A DNA stretch of 64,000 bases. It comes from Escherichia coli (lineage in GTDB: Bacteria > Pseudomonadota > Gammaproteobacteria > Enterobacterales > Enterobacteriaceae). The position numbers and the translations under genes are program-made. The DNA lies in assembly GCF_024502345.1 (NCBI RefSeq), contig NZ_JALDNN010000001.1; one strand, written 5' to 3'. The notes beneath the pieces were generated by a model. That model saw only the letters and a list, made by a program, of their open reading frames with translations, searched no databases and was not told the DNA's origin. Of this stretch, positions 25,957 through 35,254 are shown one piece after another. Each line of letters opens with the position of its first letter. Position 1 is the stretch's first letter.

Positions 25957-26963
25957 CCTCACCAATTGCTCGTGGTAAAGATGCCCCGTCTAACGCAGTG
26001 CTCCTTAATGAAACCATCGCCGACTACACTGGCGTGCCGATGGAGATCCCTCGCGCTATCGCGGTATTTGAACGTTATGCCGGGCCGGAGTATAAGCATC
26101 AGGAAATGGGCCAGCCCAACGTCAGTACCGAACGCCGGGAGTTAGTGGTGCGCTGGATCAGTACAGTGGGTAACTATGACTACATTTTTGACTGGATCTT
26201 CCATGAAAACGGCACTATTGGCATTGATGCCGGTGCTACGGGCATCGAAGCGGTGAAAGGTGTTAAAGCGAAAACCATGCACGATGAGACGGCGAAAGAT
26301 GACACGCGCTACGGCACGCTTATCGATCACAATATCGTGGGTACTACACACCAACATATTTATAATTTCCGCCTCGATCTGGATGTAGATGGCGAGAATA
26401 ACAGCCTGGTGGCGATGGACCCAGTGGTAAAACCGAATACTGCCGGTGGCCCACGCACCAGTACCATGCAAGTTAATCAGTACAACATCGGCAATGAACA
26501 GGATGCCGCGCAGAAGTTTGATCCGGGCACGATTCGTCTGTTGAGTAACCCGAACAAAGAGAACCGCATGGGCAATCCAGTTTCCTATCAAATTATTCCT
26601 TATGCAGGTGGTACTCACCCGGTAGCAAAAGGTGCCCAGTTCGCGCCGGACGTGTGGATCTATCATCGTTTAAGCTTTATGGACAAGCAGCTTTGGGTAA
26701 CGCGTTATCATCCTGGCGAGCGTTTCCCGGAAGGCAAATATCCGAACCGTTCTACTCATGACACCGGTCTTGGACAATACAGTAAAGATAACGAGTCGCT
26801 GGACAACACCGACGCCGTTGTCTGGATGACCACCGGCACCACACATGTGGCCCGCGCCGAAGAGTGGCCGATTATGCCGACCGAATGGGTACATACTCTG
26901 CTTAAACCATGGAACTTCTTTGACGAAACGCCAACGCTAGGGGCGCTGAAGAAAGATAAGTGA
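25935..26963 (+). pseudogene. tynA: tynA remnant: C-terminal ~340 codons of the periplasmic copper/topaquinone amine oxidase, lacking signal peptide and N-terminal domains
   Basis: Contains the cofactor-precursor motif region TVGNYDYIFDW and the C-terminal catalytic-domain sequence; overlaps the paaZ remnant out of frame; convergent with feaB as in K-12. Confidence 0.65.
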
Positions 26964-26973
26964 TTGTTTCAGA

Positions 26974-27002
26974 CAAAAAAACGGCACCAGGTGCCGTTTT
27001 TT
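26974..27002. terminator. Bidirectional hairpin with A-run and T-run between the tynA remnant and feaB
   Basis: AAAAAAACGGCACC-AGGTGCCGTTTTTT. Confidence 0.55.
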
Positions 27003-27020
27003 ACTTATGAGCGAACCAGA

Positions 27021-28520
27021 TTAATACCGTACACACACCGACTTAGTTTCACACCAACCGTCCAGCCAGTCGGGGCCAAAATCACGGCCCGTTCCTGACT
27101 GCTTCATCCCACCAAACGGTAAGTTAGCGTCAATTAAGGTATGGCTGTTTACCCACACCGTCCCTGCCTGTAAGCGATCGCTATATTCCAGAGCCTGGGA
27201 GAGATTTTGCGTCCAGACACTGGCAGTTAAGCCATATTCCGTGTCGTTTGCCAGTTGTAACGCCTCTTCTCCATCCGCTACTCGCACCAGGTTTACCACC
27301 GGACCAAACACCTCTTCACGAGTTAAGCGCAATTTAGCATCGGGATTTACCACCAGCGTTGGCGCAACATAATACCCCTCTCCGGCTGGTCCATTCGACC
27401 CGCGAATCAGCTCTGCTTGCTGTGCCTGCGCATCGTCGAGGAATGAACACACTTTGTCGCAGTGCGCACGAGAAACCAAAGGGTTAATCTGTGCAACAGG
27501 TGACATCCCCGGTCCCACTTGCAACGATTTTACCGCCTGCTCAAATCCACTAACCAGCGTGTCAAACAACGGCGCTTCAATATAAATTCGCGAACTGGCG
27601 GCGCATACTTGCCCTTGATTCAGGAAGCTTCCGGTCATCAAGCCTTCAATAACCCATTGCGGATCAGCATCTTTTAATACAATTGCCGGGTTTTTACCGC
27701 CCAGTTCCAGCGTTACACGCGTTAAGTGATCAGCAGCAGTTCTGGCAATACCTTTTCCCGTCGCGGTTGAACCGGTAAAACTGATTTTCGCAACATGAGG
27801 ATGTGACGTCAGGGCCGCGCCGCATACAGCACCTGACCCGGTGACCACATTAAAAACGCCATCAGGGATACCAGCCTCGCTGGCCAGTTCCGCCACGCGC
27901 AACATCGTCAGTGGCGTGGTTTCCGAAGGCTTAATCACGATTGAACAGCCTGCTGCCAGTGCTGGCATCACCTTCCACATACCAATCATCAACGGAAAGT
28001 TCCATGGCACAATTCCCGCCACTACGCCAACCGGCTCTTTACGCGTCCAGGCCTGATAACGCGCCCCCTGGGGTAAGGGAATCGACAAGTCCAGCGTTTT
28101 ACCCGCGATTTTGGTCGTTAACCCGGCGGTATAACGCATCCAGTTCAGCGTACAGCCCACTTCAAAAGCACGGGAAATGGCAATTGACTTGCCTTGCTCC
28201 AGGGTTTCCAGTTGCGCCAGCTCCTCACTGTGCTGTTCCACCAGATCGGCAAAACGTAGCAGAATACGTTCACGCTCTGCGGGTAATCGCCCGGCCCAGC
28301 GACGCGAGACAAAGGCCCGCCAGGCAGACATGACTGCGTTATCTACATCCGCTTCGTTGGCATCAGCAGTAGACGCAATTTCTTGCCCGGTGGCCGGATC
28401 AAAGATCGCCAATCGTTTTTCACTTTGTGCGGGGCCTGGACGACCATCAATATAAAGACCGTGTTGACGATCGAGAAACTGTTGGACCTGGCTTAATACT
28501 GCTACATGCGGCTCTGTCAT
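27021..28520 (-). CDS. feaB: Phenylacetaldehyde dehydrogenase
   Basis: 499 aa from the second Met, [26 protein letters not shown]..., aldehyde dehydrogenase family. Confidence 0.9.
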
Positions 28521-28586
28521 CACTTTTCCTTATTATTTACCCAGTGTGATTTCAGTGTACGCAGCGACAAGAAAAGTCACTTTTTT

Positions 28587-28640
28587 CGCTGTGACATTCG
28601 CTTTGTCAGCTGTGACAAGCTCCGCAAATCGTGACAATAA
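28587..28640. promoter_or_regulatory. Three TGACA direct repeats at ~20-bp spacing upstream of feaB; candidate FeaR operator
   Basis: TGACA at 28591, 28612 and 28631; the middle copy fits TGACA-N8-AAA; located 70 to 115 bp upstream of the feaB start. Confidence 0.35.
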
Positions 28641-28755
28641 CCGCTTATGTCTCTATGCCTGACAAGACTTATTTCCTATAGTCAGGCTCATTAGCATCGT
28701 TTACTGCAACACAAATGCAACAATAAAAATACATTTCACAGAGCGAAAACGTGCC

Positions 28756-29661
28756 ATGAACCCCGCAGTGGATAATGAGTTTCAGCAATGGCTTTCCCAA
28801 ATCAATCAGGTATGCGGAAATTTTACCGGACACCTGCTGACTGAGCGTTACACGGGTGTACTGGATACGCATTTTGCCAAAGGACTAAAGCTGAGTACCG
28901 TGACAACCAGCGGGGTGAATTTATCCCGCACCTGGCAGGAAGTAAAAGGCAGCGACGATGCCTGGTTTTACACCGTTTTTCAGCTTAGTGGTCAGGCAAT
29001 AATGGAGCAGGATGAGCGTCAGGTGCAGATTGGCGCTGGCGATATTACGTTACTCGATGCCTCACGCCCCTGTTCGCTTTACTGGCAGGAGTCTTCTAAA
29101 CAGATTTCATTACTTTTGCCACGCACTCTGCTGGAACAATATTTTCCCCATCAAAAACCTGTCTGCGCAGAAAGACTGGACGCTGACTTACCCATGGTGC
29201 AACTCAGTCATCGCCTGTTACAGGAGAGCATGAATAATCCGGCACTTTCTGAAACAGAAAGTGAAGCTGCGCTACAGGCGATGGTGTGTCTGCTGCGCCC
29301 GGTACTTCATCAGCGGGAATCTGTTCAACCTCGTCGTGAACGTCAGTTTCAAAAAGTGGTTACGTTGATAGACGATAATATTCGCGAAGAGATATTACGC
29401 CCGGAGTGGATAGCCGGAGAGACAGGTATGTCAGTACGTAGTTTGTACCGAATGTTTGCCGATAAAGGTTTGGTGGTCGCGCAATATATTCGTAACCGTC
29501 GTCTCGATTTTTGTGCAGATGCGATTCGCCATGCCGCAGATGATGAAAAACTGGCAGGCATCGGCTTTCATTGGGTATTTTCTGACCAGAGTCATTTTTC
29601 AACGGTATTTAAGCAACGCTTTGGGATGACGCCAGGCGAGTATCGACGTAAATTCCGCTAA
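28756..29661 (+). CDS. feaR: AraC-family activator of the tynA/feaB pathway
   Basis: 301 aa with a C-terminal AraC-type HTH; divergent from feaB. Confidence 0.9.
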   Translation: MNPAVDNEFQQWLSQINQVCGNFTGHLLTERYTGVLDTHFAKGLKLSTVTTSGVNLSRTWQEVKGSDDAWFYTVFQLSGQAIMEQDERQVQIGAGDITLLDASRPCSLYWQESSKQISLLLPRTLLEQYFPHQKPVCAERLDADLPMVQLSHRLLQESMNNPALSETESEAALQAMVCLLRPVLHQRESVQPRRERQFQKVVTLIDDNIREEILRPEWIAGETGMSVRSLYRMFADKGLVVAQYIRNRRLDFCADAIRHAADDEKLAGIGFHWVFSDQSHFSTVFKQRFGMTPGEYRRKFR

Positions 29662-29698
29662 CTAATTGGCGTTGTGTGTACTGCAACGCCAATTAGTT
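29660..29698. terminator. 15-bp perfect inverted repeat directly after the feaR stop
   Basis: AACTAATTGGCGTTG-tgtgtactg-CAACGCCAATTAGTT. Confidence 0.45.
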
Positions 29699-29832
29699 AA
29701 AACAAATATTTGACTATGCATTTTTCAGGGCGAAAGGCAATTTGACAGGAGTTTTTGAATATTCACCTTGTTTCAGGAAAATAGATCAATCGCTTTCTCC
29801 TGTAGCGTTATCCCGATATTGCGGTTTTGCTA

Positions 29833-30159
29833 TTAAAATTTTCGCACCCATTTACCGTTTATCCCTTGTACATATTCCCCCGGTTTGGCCCGAGCTACGA
29901 GCTTTTGCCCGGCGAGTTTCGCGATATCATCTACAGACACATTATTTTGCTTTGCCAGTTGTTGGTAACTCGCTTTACGTTCGGCATTAATGTCGGTTAC
30001 TAATTTCTCTGTTTCAGCATCCGTTTTCAGCGCAACCAGATAACCATAAAATGTTTCCCCGACCCGCCCCTGCGTTCTGGCTTCATCCAGAGTCAATGCC
30101 ATTACATTGCTGCTTACCAGCCCAACAAGAAACGCACAAAGAAGTAATGTTTTCTTCAT
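29833..30159 (-). CDS. ydbL: DUF1318 periplasmic protein YdbL
   Basis: 108 aa from the internal Met with signal peptide MKKTLLLCAFLVGLVSSNVMA. Confidence 0.75.
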   Translation of the reverse strand: MKKTLLLCAFLVGLVSSNVMALTLDEARTQGRVGETFYGYLVALKTDAETEKLVTDINAERKASYQQLAKQNNVSVDDIAKLAGQKLVARAKPGEYVQGINGKWVRKF

Positions 30160-30166
30160 CATCGCC

Positions 30167-30352
30167 TCAGAAAAGATCGCTACGAGTTTCAAGCAGCTCT
30201 TCGACATCTTTGTCTGCCTTGATGATGATCTCATGCTCAATTTTAACGTTCATATTGATAGTGATCGGTTCCTTGGGCGCAGCGACTTCAATACGCGGCG
30301 TACAGGCAGCCAGCATAAAAGATGACGTCAACGCAGCCAGTAAAATTTTCAT
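30167..30352 (-). CDS. ynbE: Small lipoprotein YnbE
   Basis: 61 aa, MKILLAALTSSFMLAACTP lipobox; its start overlaps the ydbH stop. Confidence 0.75.
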   Translation of the reverse strand: MKILLAALTSSFMLAACTPRIEVAAPKEPITINMNVKIEHEIIIKADKDVEELLETRSDLF

Positions 30353-32988
30353 TGTTTTTCCTCACACTCTTTTCCTTGCGGACAGTCATTTCCCGGCAGA
30401 CGTGCGTTCTGCTCCAACCATGCCTGGAGATTATCGCCAAAGCGTAAACTGCGCCACAGCGTAAAAATATTCTCTTCATGATGGTAATTAAGGTTTACCG
30501 TACCGCTTTTACCATCAACGCGACTGGTACCTGTAATGTTGGCCTGCATGGTTAATAAACCGAGATTATCTAAATTAATATTTGTCGATGAACGGCTAAT
30601 TTCCATATAGCGCAACCAGTTAATTGCTGAACCCGCAGTCATATTGTCTTTCACCACCGCATCTGCGGTGTCTTTATCCAGCCGCAAGGTCATTGGCCCG
30701 CTATTTGCCAGCCAACCATCTTTCACTATCCATTTTTCGTTGTTTAGCCATAACGGCAATGCACCACTAAATGCCCCGGACATGGCGAATTGTTTCGGAT
30801 TGACGGCGCTAACCAGTTCGCTGGATGAGAGATTATTCAGCCGCAACAGCGCCGGGTCATGTTGCGGCATACGTAATTGTTTCATCAGTACGTTACCGCC
30901 TAACACATCGACGCTAACATCAGTCAACAGCAAGGGTTCTTCTTCAGTCCACGGATAACGCCCTTGCAAATCAGCCGTAATATTTTTCGCTGTCACCAGA
31001 TTAATCACTTCGGCAATTCGCAACGTAACGGGGCCGCGAGTCCCCAGATGCCAGGCTCCATCGGCAAAACGGAAAGGCAGGACAAAATCGACACCGTTAA
31101 CCTGATTATCTGGCATCCAGGCACTACCGCCTTTCAACACGCCGTGCCCTCCCGCGCGGAATCCTTGTTCAGGCGCAGCAGAAAATGCAACCTGAGCATA
31201 CAGTTCACCATCGCGTAAGTTCATCTTCCAGTCGGGTGGCACCAGCGGCTGGAATACAGTCAGTGATTGTTTTGGCCACCAGGCGTTACCGCGCAGACGA
31301 ATACCGTCCCAGCGACCATTTACCCGAACCGGGCCAATCTCACCAGCATGTAAATCGCCTTTAAAGAGGAAATACGTCGGATCGCGCCCATCGACGCTAA
31401 ATTTTAAGGTTGATGGCGGTAACACACTGCCGCCAGTGAACAGCGTTTGCCCGGCGTCCAGTGACAGCGCGCCGCTGAAGGAGGGATGCTGTGCGTCACG
31501 TACCCAGACGACGGGCTTGTCGAGAATTAATCGCGGCTTTTCTACCGTCATCGTACCGTATTGTAACTGGTCGAAACCGGTGGAGAGGTCGGTCAGCGTA
31601 ATCGTGCTGTCATGCCATTCACCTTTTCCTGCGACATCCCAGGTGGCATTCATCGGTGTAAAACTGCCTTTTCCCCAGTAGCGCCACTGCCAGCGGCCCG
31701 CGTCAGGGAGAAAATCATTCGCCAGCCCATCCATATGCAGCACGAAATCGCCCAGTTCATTTTCATGCGCCTGCAAAATGGCCTGCAAACGTCCGTCAAC
31801 ACCACGTTGGGTGACTTTTACACCCGCTAAAGGCCAGCGGATTTCATCGATGTCCAGCGAATCGATGACTCTTCCCTTTGAACGAAGTAACGCGCCTGGC
31901 TCAAAGGCCAGCGTTGGGTCAGTCAGACTTCCACTTAGCTGCGCGGGTAAGCGGGCATATAAAATGAGGTCCGCCTGTTTCGCTTCACCGGTCAGCTGCA
32001 GAGGCAGCTGGCTGTTATCCATGCTTAATTTTCCTGGGCCAAAATTTAGCACCGCGTTGCCTTTACCCGCTTGCCCCTGGGTCAGCACACTCAGTCGTCC
32101 GCTGATCAGAGCGTTCTCAAGCCCTGCCTGCCAGTTGTCGACTTTGACACCCAGTCGGCCACTCAAAGGAAAACCTGCATACGGCCAACTCCAGCGACCA
32201 TCGCTTACGGTCAATTGTTGACGAGTAATTTGCCACGGCAAATCGAGCAACGGATCGCCGTTATCCCGTGCCAGCACAATCAATTGCCCGCTATTTTCCT
32301 GCCAGTCCAGCTCTGCATCCACCAGTGACGGTTCCTGCGGCAAGTTTAACGTCGCAGTAGCATGCCCACTTACAGGAAGTCCATCCGGCACGAGCGGCAT
32401 AGTAAATTCCCCCACCAGTTTAACCGGCGGCTGATTTTCAAACGCGACGACATCCAGTTCGCTGACTGTAAGTTGTTGCCCTTTCAGCTGGCCTTGAAAT
32501 TTAACTTTTTCGCCCTGATAACGCAGTTGCTGGATATTAGAGGTTAATGCGAGAGAGAGTTTTCCCTGCCATTCCTGCCAGGGAGAAAAAATCAGTTTAT
32601 CGATATTGATCCAGGTATTAGGCAGCATGGACTGCCACTGCGCGAGGGTTTTTGGAGCAGCTGGCGATTGCTCCGTCTGCGGCAATTTCGCCAGACAAGC
32701 AGAATCAAGTTCTACCATGCCGACGTTCAATAACCAGCGGCTGGGATGTGAAAGGCTGGCGTTGGTGATATGCGCAAGCTGACAATCTCCCACCAGATAA
32801 CGGAGATCGGGAATGATTAAACCTTTACGCGTAATGCGTGGGCTTTCATCTAATGCAATACGTGTCCCGAGCGGTAGCCAGATGCCCGCCAGCGTGGGAA
32901 CCCACAGCCCGAGCGTCATCAGCAGCGTCAACGGCACAAGAATAATCAGTAATAACAGCGCGAGAACGGCTTTATATTTACCCAGCAT
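30349..32988 (-). CDS. ydbH: Large AsmA-like / DUF748 membrane-anchored protein YdbH
   Basis: 879 aa with an N-terminal transmembrane anchor; first gene of the apparent ydbH-ynbE-ydbL operon. Confidence 0.85.
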   Translation of the reverse strand: MLGKYKAVLALLLLIILVPLTLLMTLGLWVPTLAGIWLPLGTRIALDESPRITRKGLIIPDLRYLVGDCQLAHITNASLSHPSRWLLNVGMVELDSACLAKLPQTEQSPAAPKTLAQWQSMLPNTWINIDKLIFSPWQEWQGKLSLALTSNIQQLRYQGEKVKFQGQLKGQQLTVSELDVVAFENQPPVKLVGEFTMPLVPDGLPVSGHATATLNLPQEPSLVDAELDWQENSGQLIVLARDNGDPLLDLPWQITRQQLTVSDGRWSWPYAGFPLSGRLGVKVDNWQAGLENALISGRLSVLTQGQAGKGNAVLNFGPGKLSMDNSQLPLQLTGEAKQADLILYARLPAQLSGSLTDPTLAFEPGALLRSKGRVIDSLDIDEIRWPLAGVKVTQRGVDGRLQAILQAHENELGDFVLHMDGLANDFLPDAGRWQWRYWGKGSFTPMNATWDVAGKGEWHDSTITLTDLSTGFDQLQYGTMTVEKPRLILDKPVVWVRDAQHPSFSGALSLDAGQTLFTGGSVLPPSTLKFSVDGRDPTYFLFKGDLHAGEIGPVRVNGRWDGIRLRGNAWWPKQSLTVFQPLVPPDWKMNLRDGELYAQVAFSAAPEQGFRAGGHGVLKGGSAWMPDNQVNGVDFVLPFRFADGAWHLGTRGPVTLRIAEVINLVTAKNITADLQGRYPWTEEEPLLLTDVSVDVLGGNVLMKQLRMPQHDPALLRLNNLSSSELVSAVNPKQFAMSGAFSGALPLWLNNEKWIVKDGWLANSGPMTLRLDKDTADAVVKDNMTAGSAINWLRYMEISRSSTNINLDNLGLLTMQANITGTSRVDGKSGTVNLNYHHEENIFTLWRSLRFGDNLQAWLEQNARLPGNDCPQGKECEEKQ

Positions 32989-33195
32989 GGGTAGTTAATA
33001 TCCTGATTTAGCGAAAAATTAAGCATTCAATACGGGTATTGTGGCATGTTTAACCGTTCAGTTGAAGGTTGCGCCTACACTAAGCATAGTTGTTGATGAA
33101 TTTTTCAATATCGCCATAGCTTTCAATTATATTTGATATTTTGTAAAATATTTTTAGTAGCTTAAATGTGATTCAACATCACTGGAGAAAGTCTT

Positions 33196-34185
33196 ATGAA
33201 ACTCGCCGTTTATAGCACAAAACAGTACGACAAGAAGTACCTGCAACAGGTGAACGAGTCCTTTGGCTTTGAGCTGGAATTTTTTGACTTTCTGCTGACG
33301 GAAAAAACCGCTAAAACTGCCAATGGCTGCGAAGCGGTATGTATTTTCGTAAACGATGACGGCAGCCGCCCGGTGCTGGAAGAGCTGAAAAAGCACGGCG
33401 TTAAATATATCGCCCTGCGCTGTGCCGGTTTCAATAACGTCGACCTTGACGCGGCAAAAGAACTGGGGCTGAAAGTAGTCCGTGTTCCAGCCTATGATCC
33501 AGAGGCCGTTGCTGAACACGCCATCGGTATGATGATGACGCTGAACCGCCGTATTCACCGCGCGTATCAGCGTACCCGTGACGCTAACTTCTCTCTGGAA
33601 GGTCTGACCGGCTTTACTATGTATGGCAAAACGGCAGGCGTTATCGGTACCGGTAAAATCGGTGTGGCGATGCTGCGCATTCTGAAAGGTTTTGGTATGC
33701 GTCTGCTGGCGTTCGATCCGTATCCAAGTGCAGCGGCGCTGGAACTCGGTGTGGAGTATGTCGATCTGCCAACCCTGTTCTCTGAATCAGACGTTATCTC
33801 TCTGCACTGCCCGCTGACACCGGAAAACTACCATCTGTTGAACGAAGCCGCCTTCGATCAGATGAAAAATGGCGTGATGATCGTCAATACCAGTCGCGGT
33901 GCATTGATTGATTCTCAGGCAGCAATTGAAGCGCTGAAAAATCAGAAAATTGGTTCGTTGGGTATGGACGTGTATGAGAACGAACGCGATCTGTTCTTTG
34001 AAGATAAATCCAACGACGTGATTCAGGATGACGTATTCCGTCGCCTGTCTGCCTGCCACAACGTGCTGTTTACCGGGCACCAGGCATTCCTGACAGCAGA
34101 AGCTCTGACCAGTATTTCTCAGACTACGCTGCAAAACTTAAGCAATCTGGAAAAAGGTGAAACCTGCCCGAACGAACTGGTTTAA
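33196..34185 (+). CDS. ldhA: Fermentative D-lactate dehydrogenase (NAD-dependent 2-hydroxyacid dehydrogenase)
   Basis: 329 aa, MKLAVYSTKQYDKKYLQQVNESFGFELEFFDF... Confidence 0.95.
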   Translation: MKLAVYSTKQYDKKYLQQVNESFGFELEFFDFLLTEKTAKTANGCEAVCIFVNDDGSRPVLEELKKHGVKYIALRCAGFNNVDLDAAKELGLKVVRVPAYDPEAVAEHAIGMMMTLNRRIHRAYQRTRDANFSLEGLTGFTMYGKTAGVIGTGKIGVAMLRILKGFGMRLLAFDPYPSAAALELGVEYVDLPTLFSESDVISLHCPLTPENYHLLNEAAFDQMKNGVMIVNTSRGALIDSQAAIEALKNQKIGSLGMDVYENERDLFFEDKSNDVIQDDVFRRLSACHNVLFTGHQAFLTAEALTSISQTTLQNLSNLEKGETCPNELV

Positions 34186-34295
34186 TCTTGCCGCTCCCCT
34201 GCAATCCAGGGGAGCTGATTCAGATAATCCCCAATGACCTTTCATTCTCTATTCTTAAAATAGTCCTGAGTCAGAAACTGTAATTGAGAACCACA

Positions 34296-34718
34296 ATGAA
34301 GAAACTAGCCGCGTTTGTTGCGCTAAGCCTGCTGATGGCGGGATGTGTAAGTAATGACAAAATTGCTGTTACGCCAGAACAGCTACAGCATCATCGCTTT
34401 GTGCTGGAAAGCGTAAACGGTAAGCCCGTGACCAGCGATAAAAATCCGCCAGAAATCAGCTTTGGTGAAAAAATGATGATTTCCGGCAGCATGTGTAACC
34501 GCTTTAGCGGTGAAGGCAAACTGTCTAATGGTGAACTGACAGCCAAAGGGCTGGCAATGACCCGTATGATGTGCGCTAACCCGCAGCTTAATGAACTCGA
34601 TAACACCATTAGCGAAATGCTGAAAGAAGGTGCACAAGTGGATCTGACCGCGAACCAGTTAACGCTGGCGACCGCGAAACAGACATTAACTTATAAGCTG
34701 GCGGATTTAATGAATTAA
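34296..34718 (+). CDS. hslJ: Heat-inducible lipoprotein HslJ (META domain)
   Basis: 140 aa from the internal Met, MKKLAAFVALSLLMAGC lipobox. Confidence 0.85.
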   Translation: MKKLAAFVALSLLMAGCVSNDKIAVTPEQLQHHRFVLESVNGKPVTSDKNPPEISFGEKMMISGSMCNRFSGEGKLSNGELTAKGLAMTRMMCANPQLNELDNTISEMLKEGAQVDLTANQLTLATAKQTLTYKLADLMN

Positions 34719-34981
34719 TAGCTGCCACAGCTCCCGGCGGCAAGTGACTGTTCGCTACAGCGTTTGCCGTTGGGTAATGCACACATCCCAATCGCCGTAC
34801 CATCCAGTTGACGGGCAACAGAAAGCGAACCGCCGATCATTGCACAATTTGCTTCTCCACTACTGGACATCGACGCTTTTAAACCTGGCGCTACGTGCGC
34901 CGCAGTCGCCTGCTGAACAGGTTCACTACTACACGCCGACAACAATAAAGCGGCACACCCTACCCAAAACGCTGCTCGCAT
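34715..34981 (-). CDS. ydbJ: DUF333 lipoprotein YdbJ
   Basis: 88 aa, MRAAFWVGCAALLLSAC lipobox; convergent with hslJ. Confidence 0.7.
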   Translation of the reverse strand: MRAAFWVGCAALLLSACSSEPVQQATAAHVAPGLKASMSSSGEANCAMIGGSLSVARQLDGTAIGMCALPNGKRCSEQSLAAGSCGSY

Positions 34982-35254
34982 CTCTTCTTCCTCTGATCTT
35001 CAAGCCAAACGACACCGCCATAAATAATAGGCAGCACAGAGGGCGGCGTCGAGAGCTGTCCTGCGCATTGCCCCGCATTTTTACTTTTTTATGGCTATTT
35101 TTTTGCCCTCTGTTTGATCAAAACATTCATTACGCTGATGTGGGGGACACAAAAGCGAAAATGCAGAAGAAAGCCATTTGCTAAAATTGAAGGATTACTA
35201 CTGGGCGCGCAGCAATTTCGTGCGCCCCTCATTTGCGCAATGTAAGGGTGTCAT

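Noticed and set aside
25192-26963. Possibility that the paaZ and tynA remnants encode a functional fusion enzyme
   Set aside because: The two pieces are in different frames, the tynA piece lacks its signal peptide and N-terminal domains, and the paaZ piece lacks most of the dehydrogenase domain.
33154-33558. 134-aa minus-strand ORF overlapping the ldhA start
   Set aside because: It overlaps the highly conserved ldhA N-terminus and its promoter on the opposite strand.
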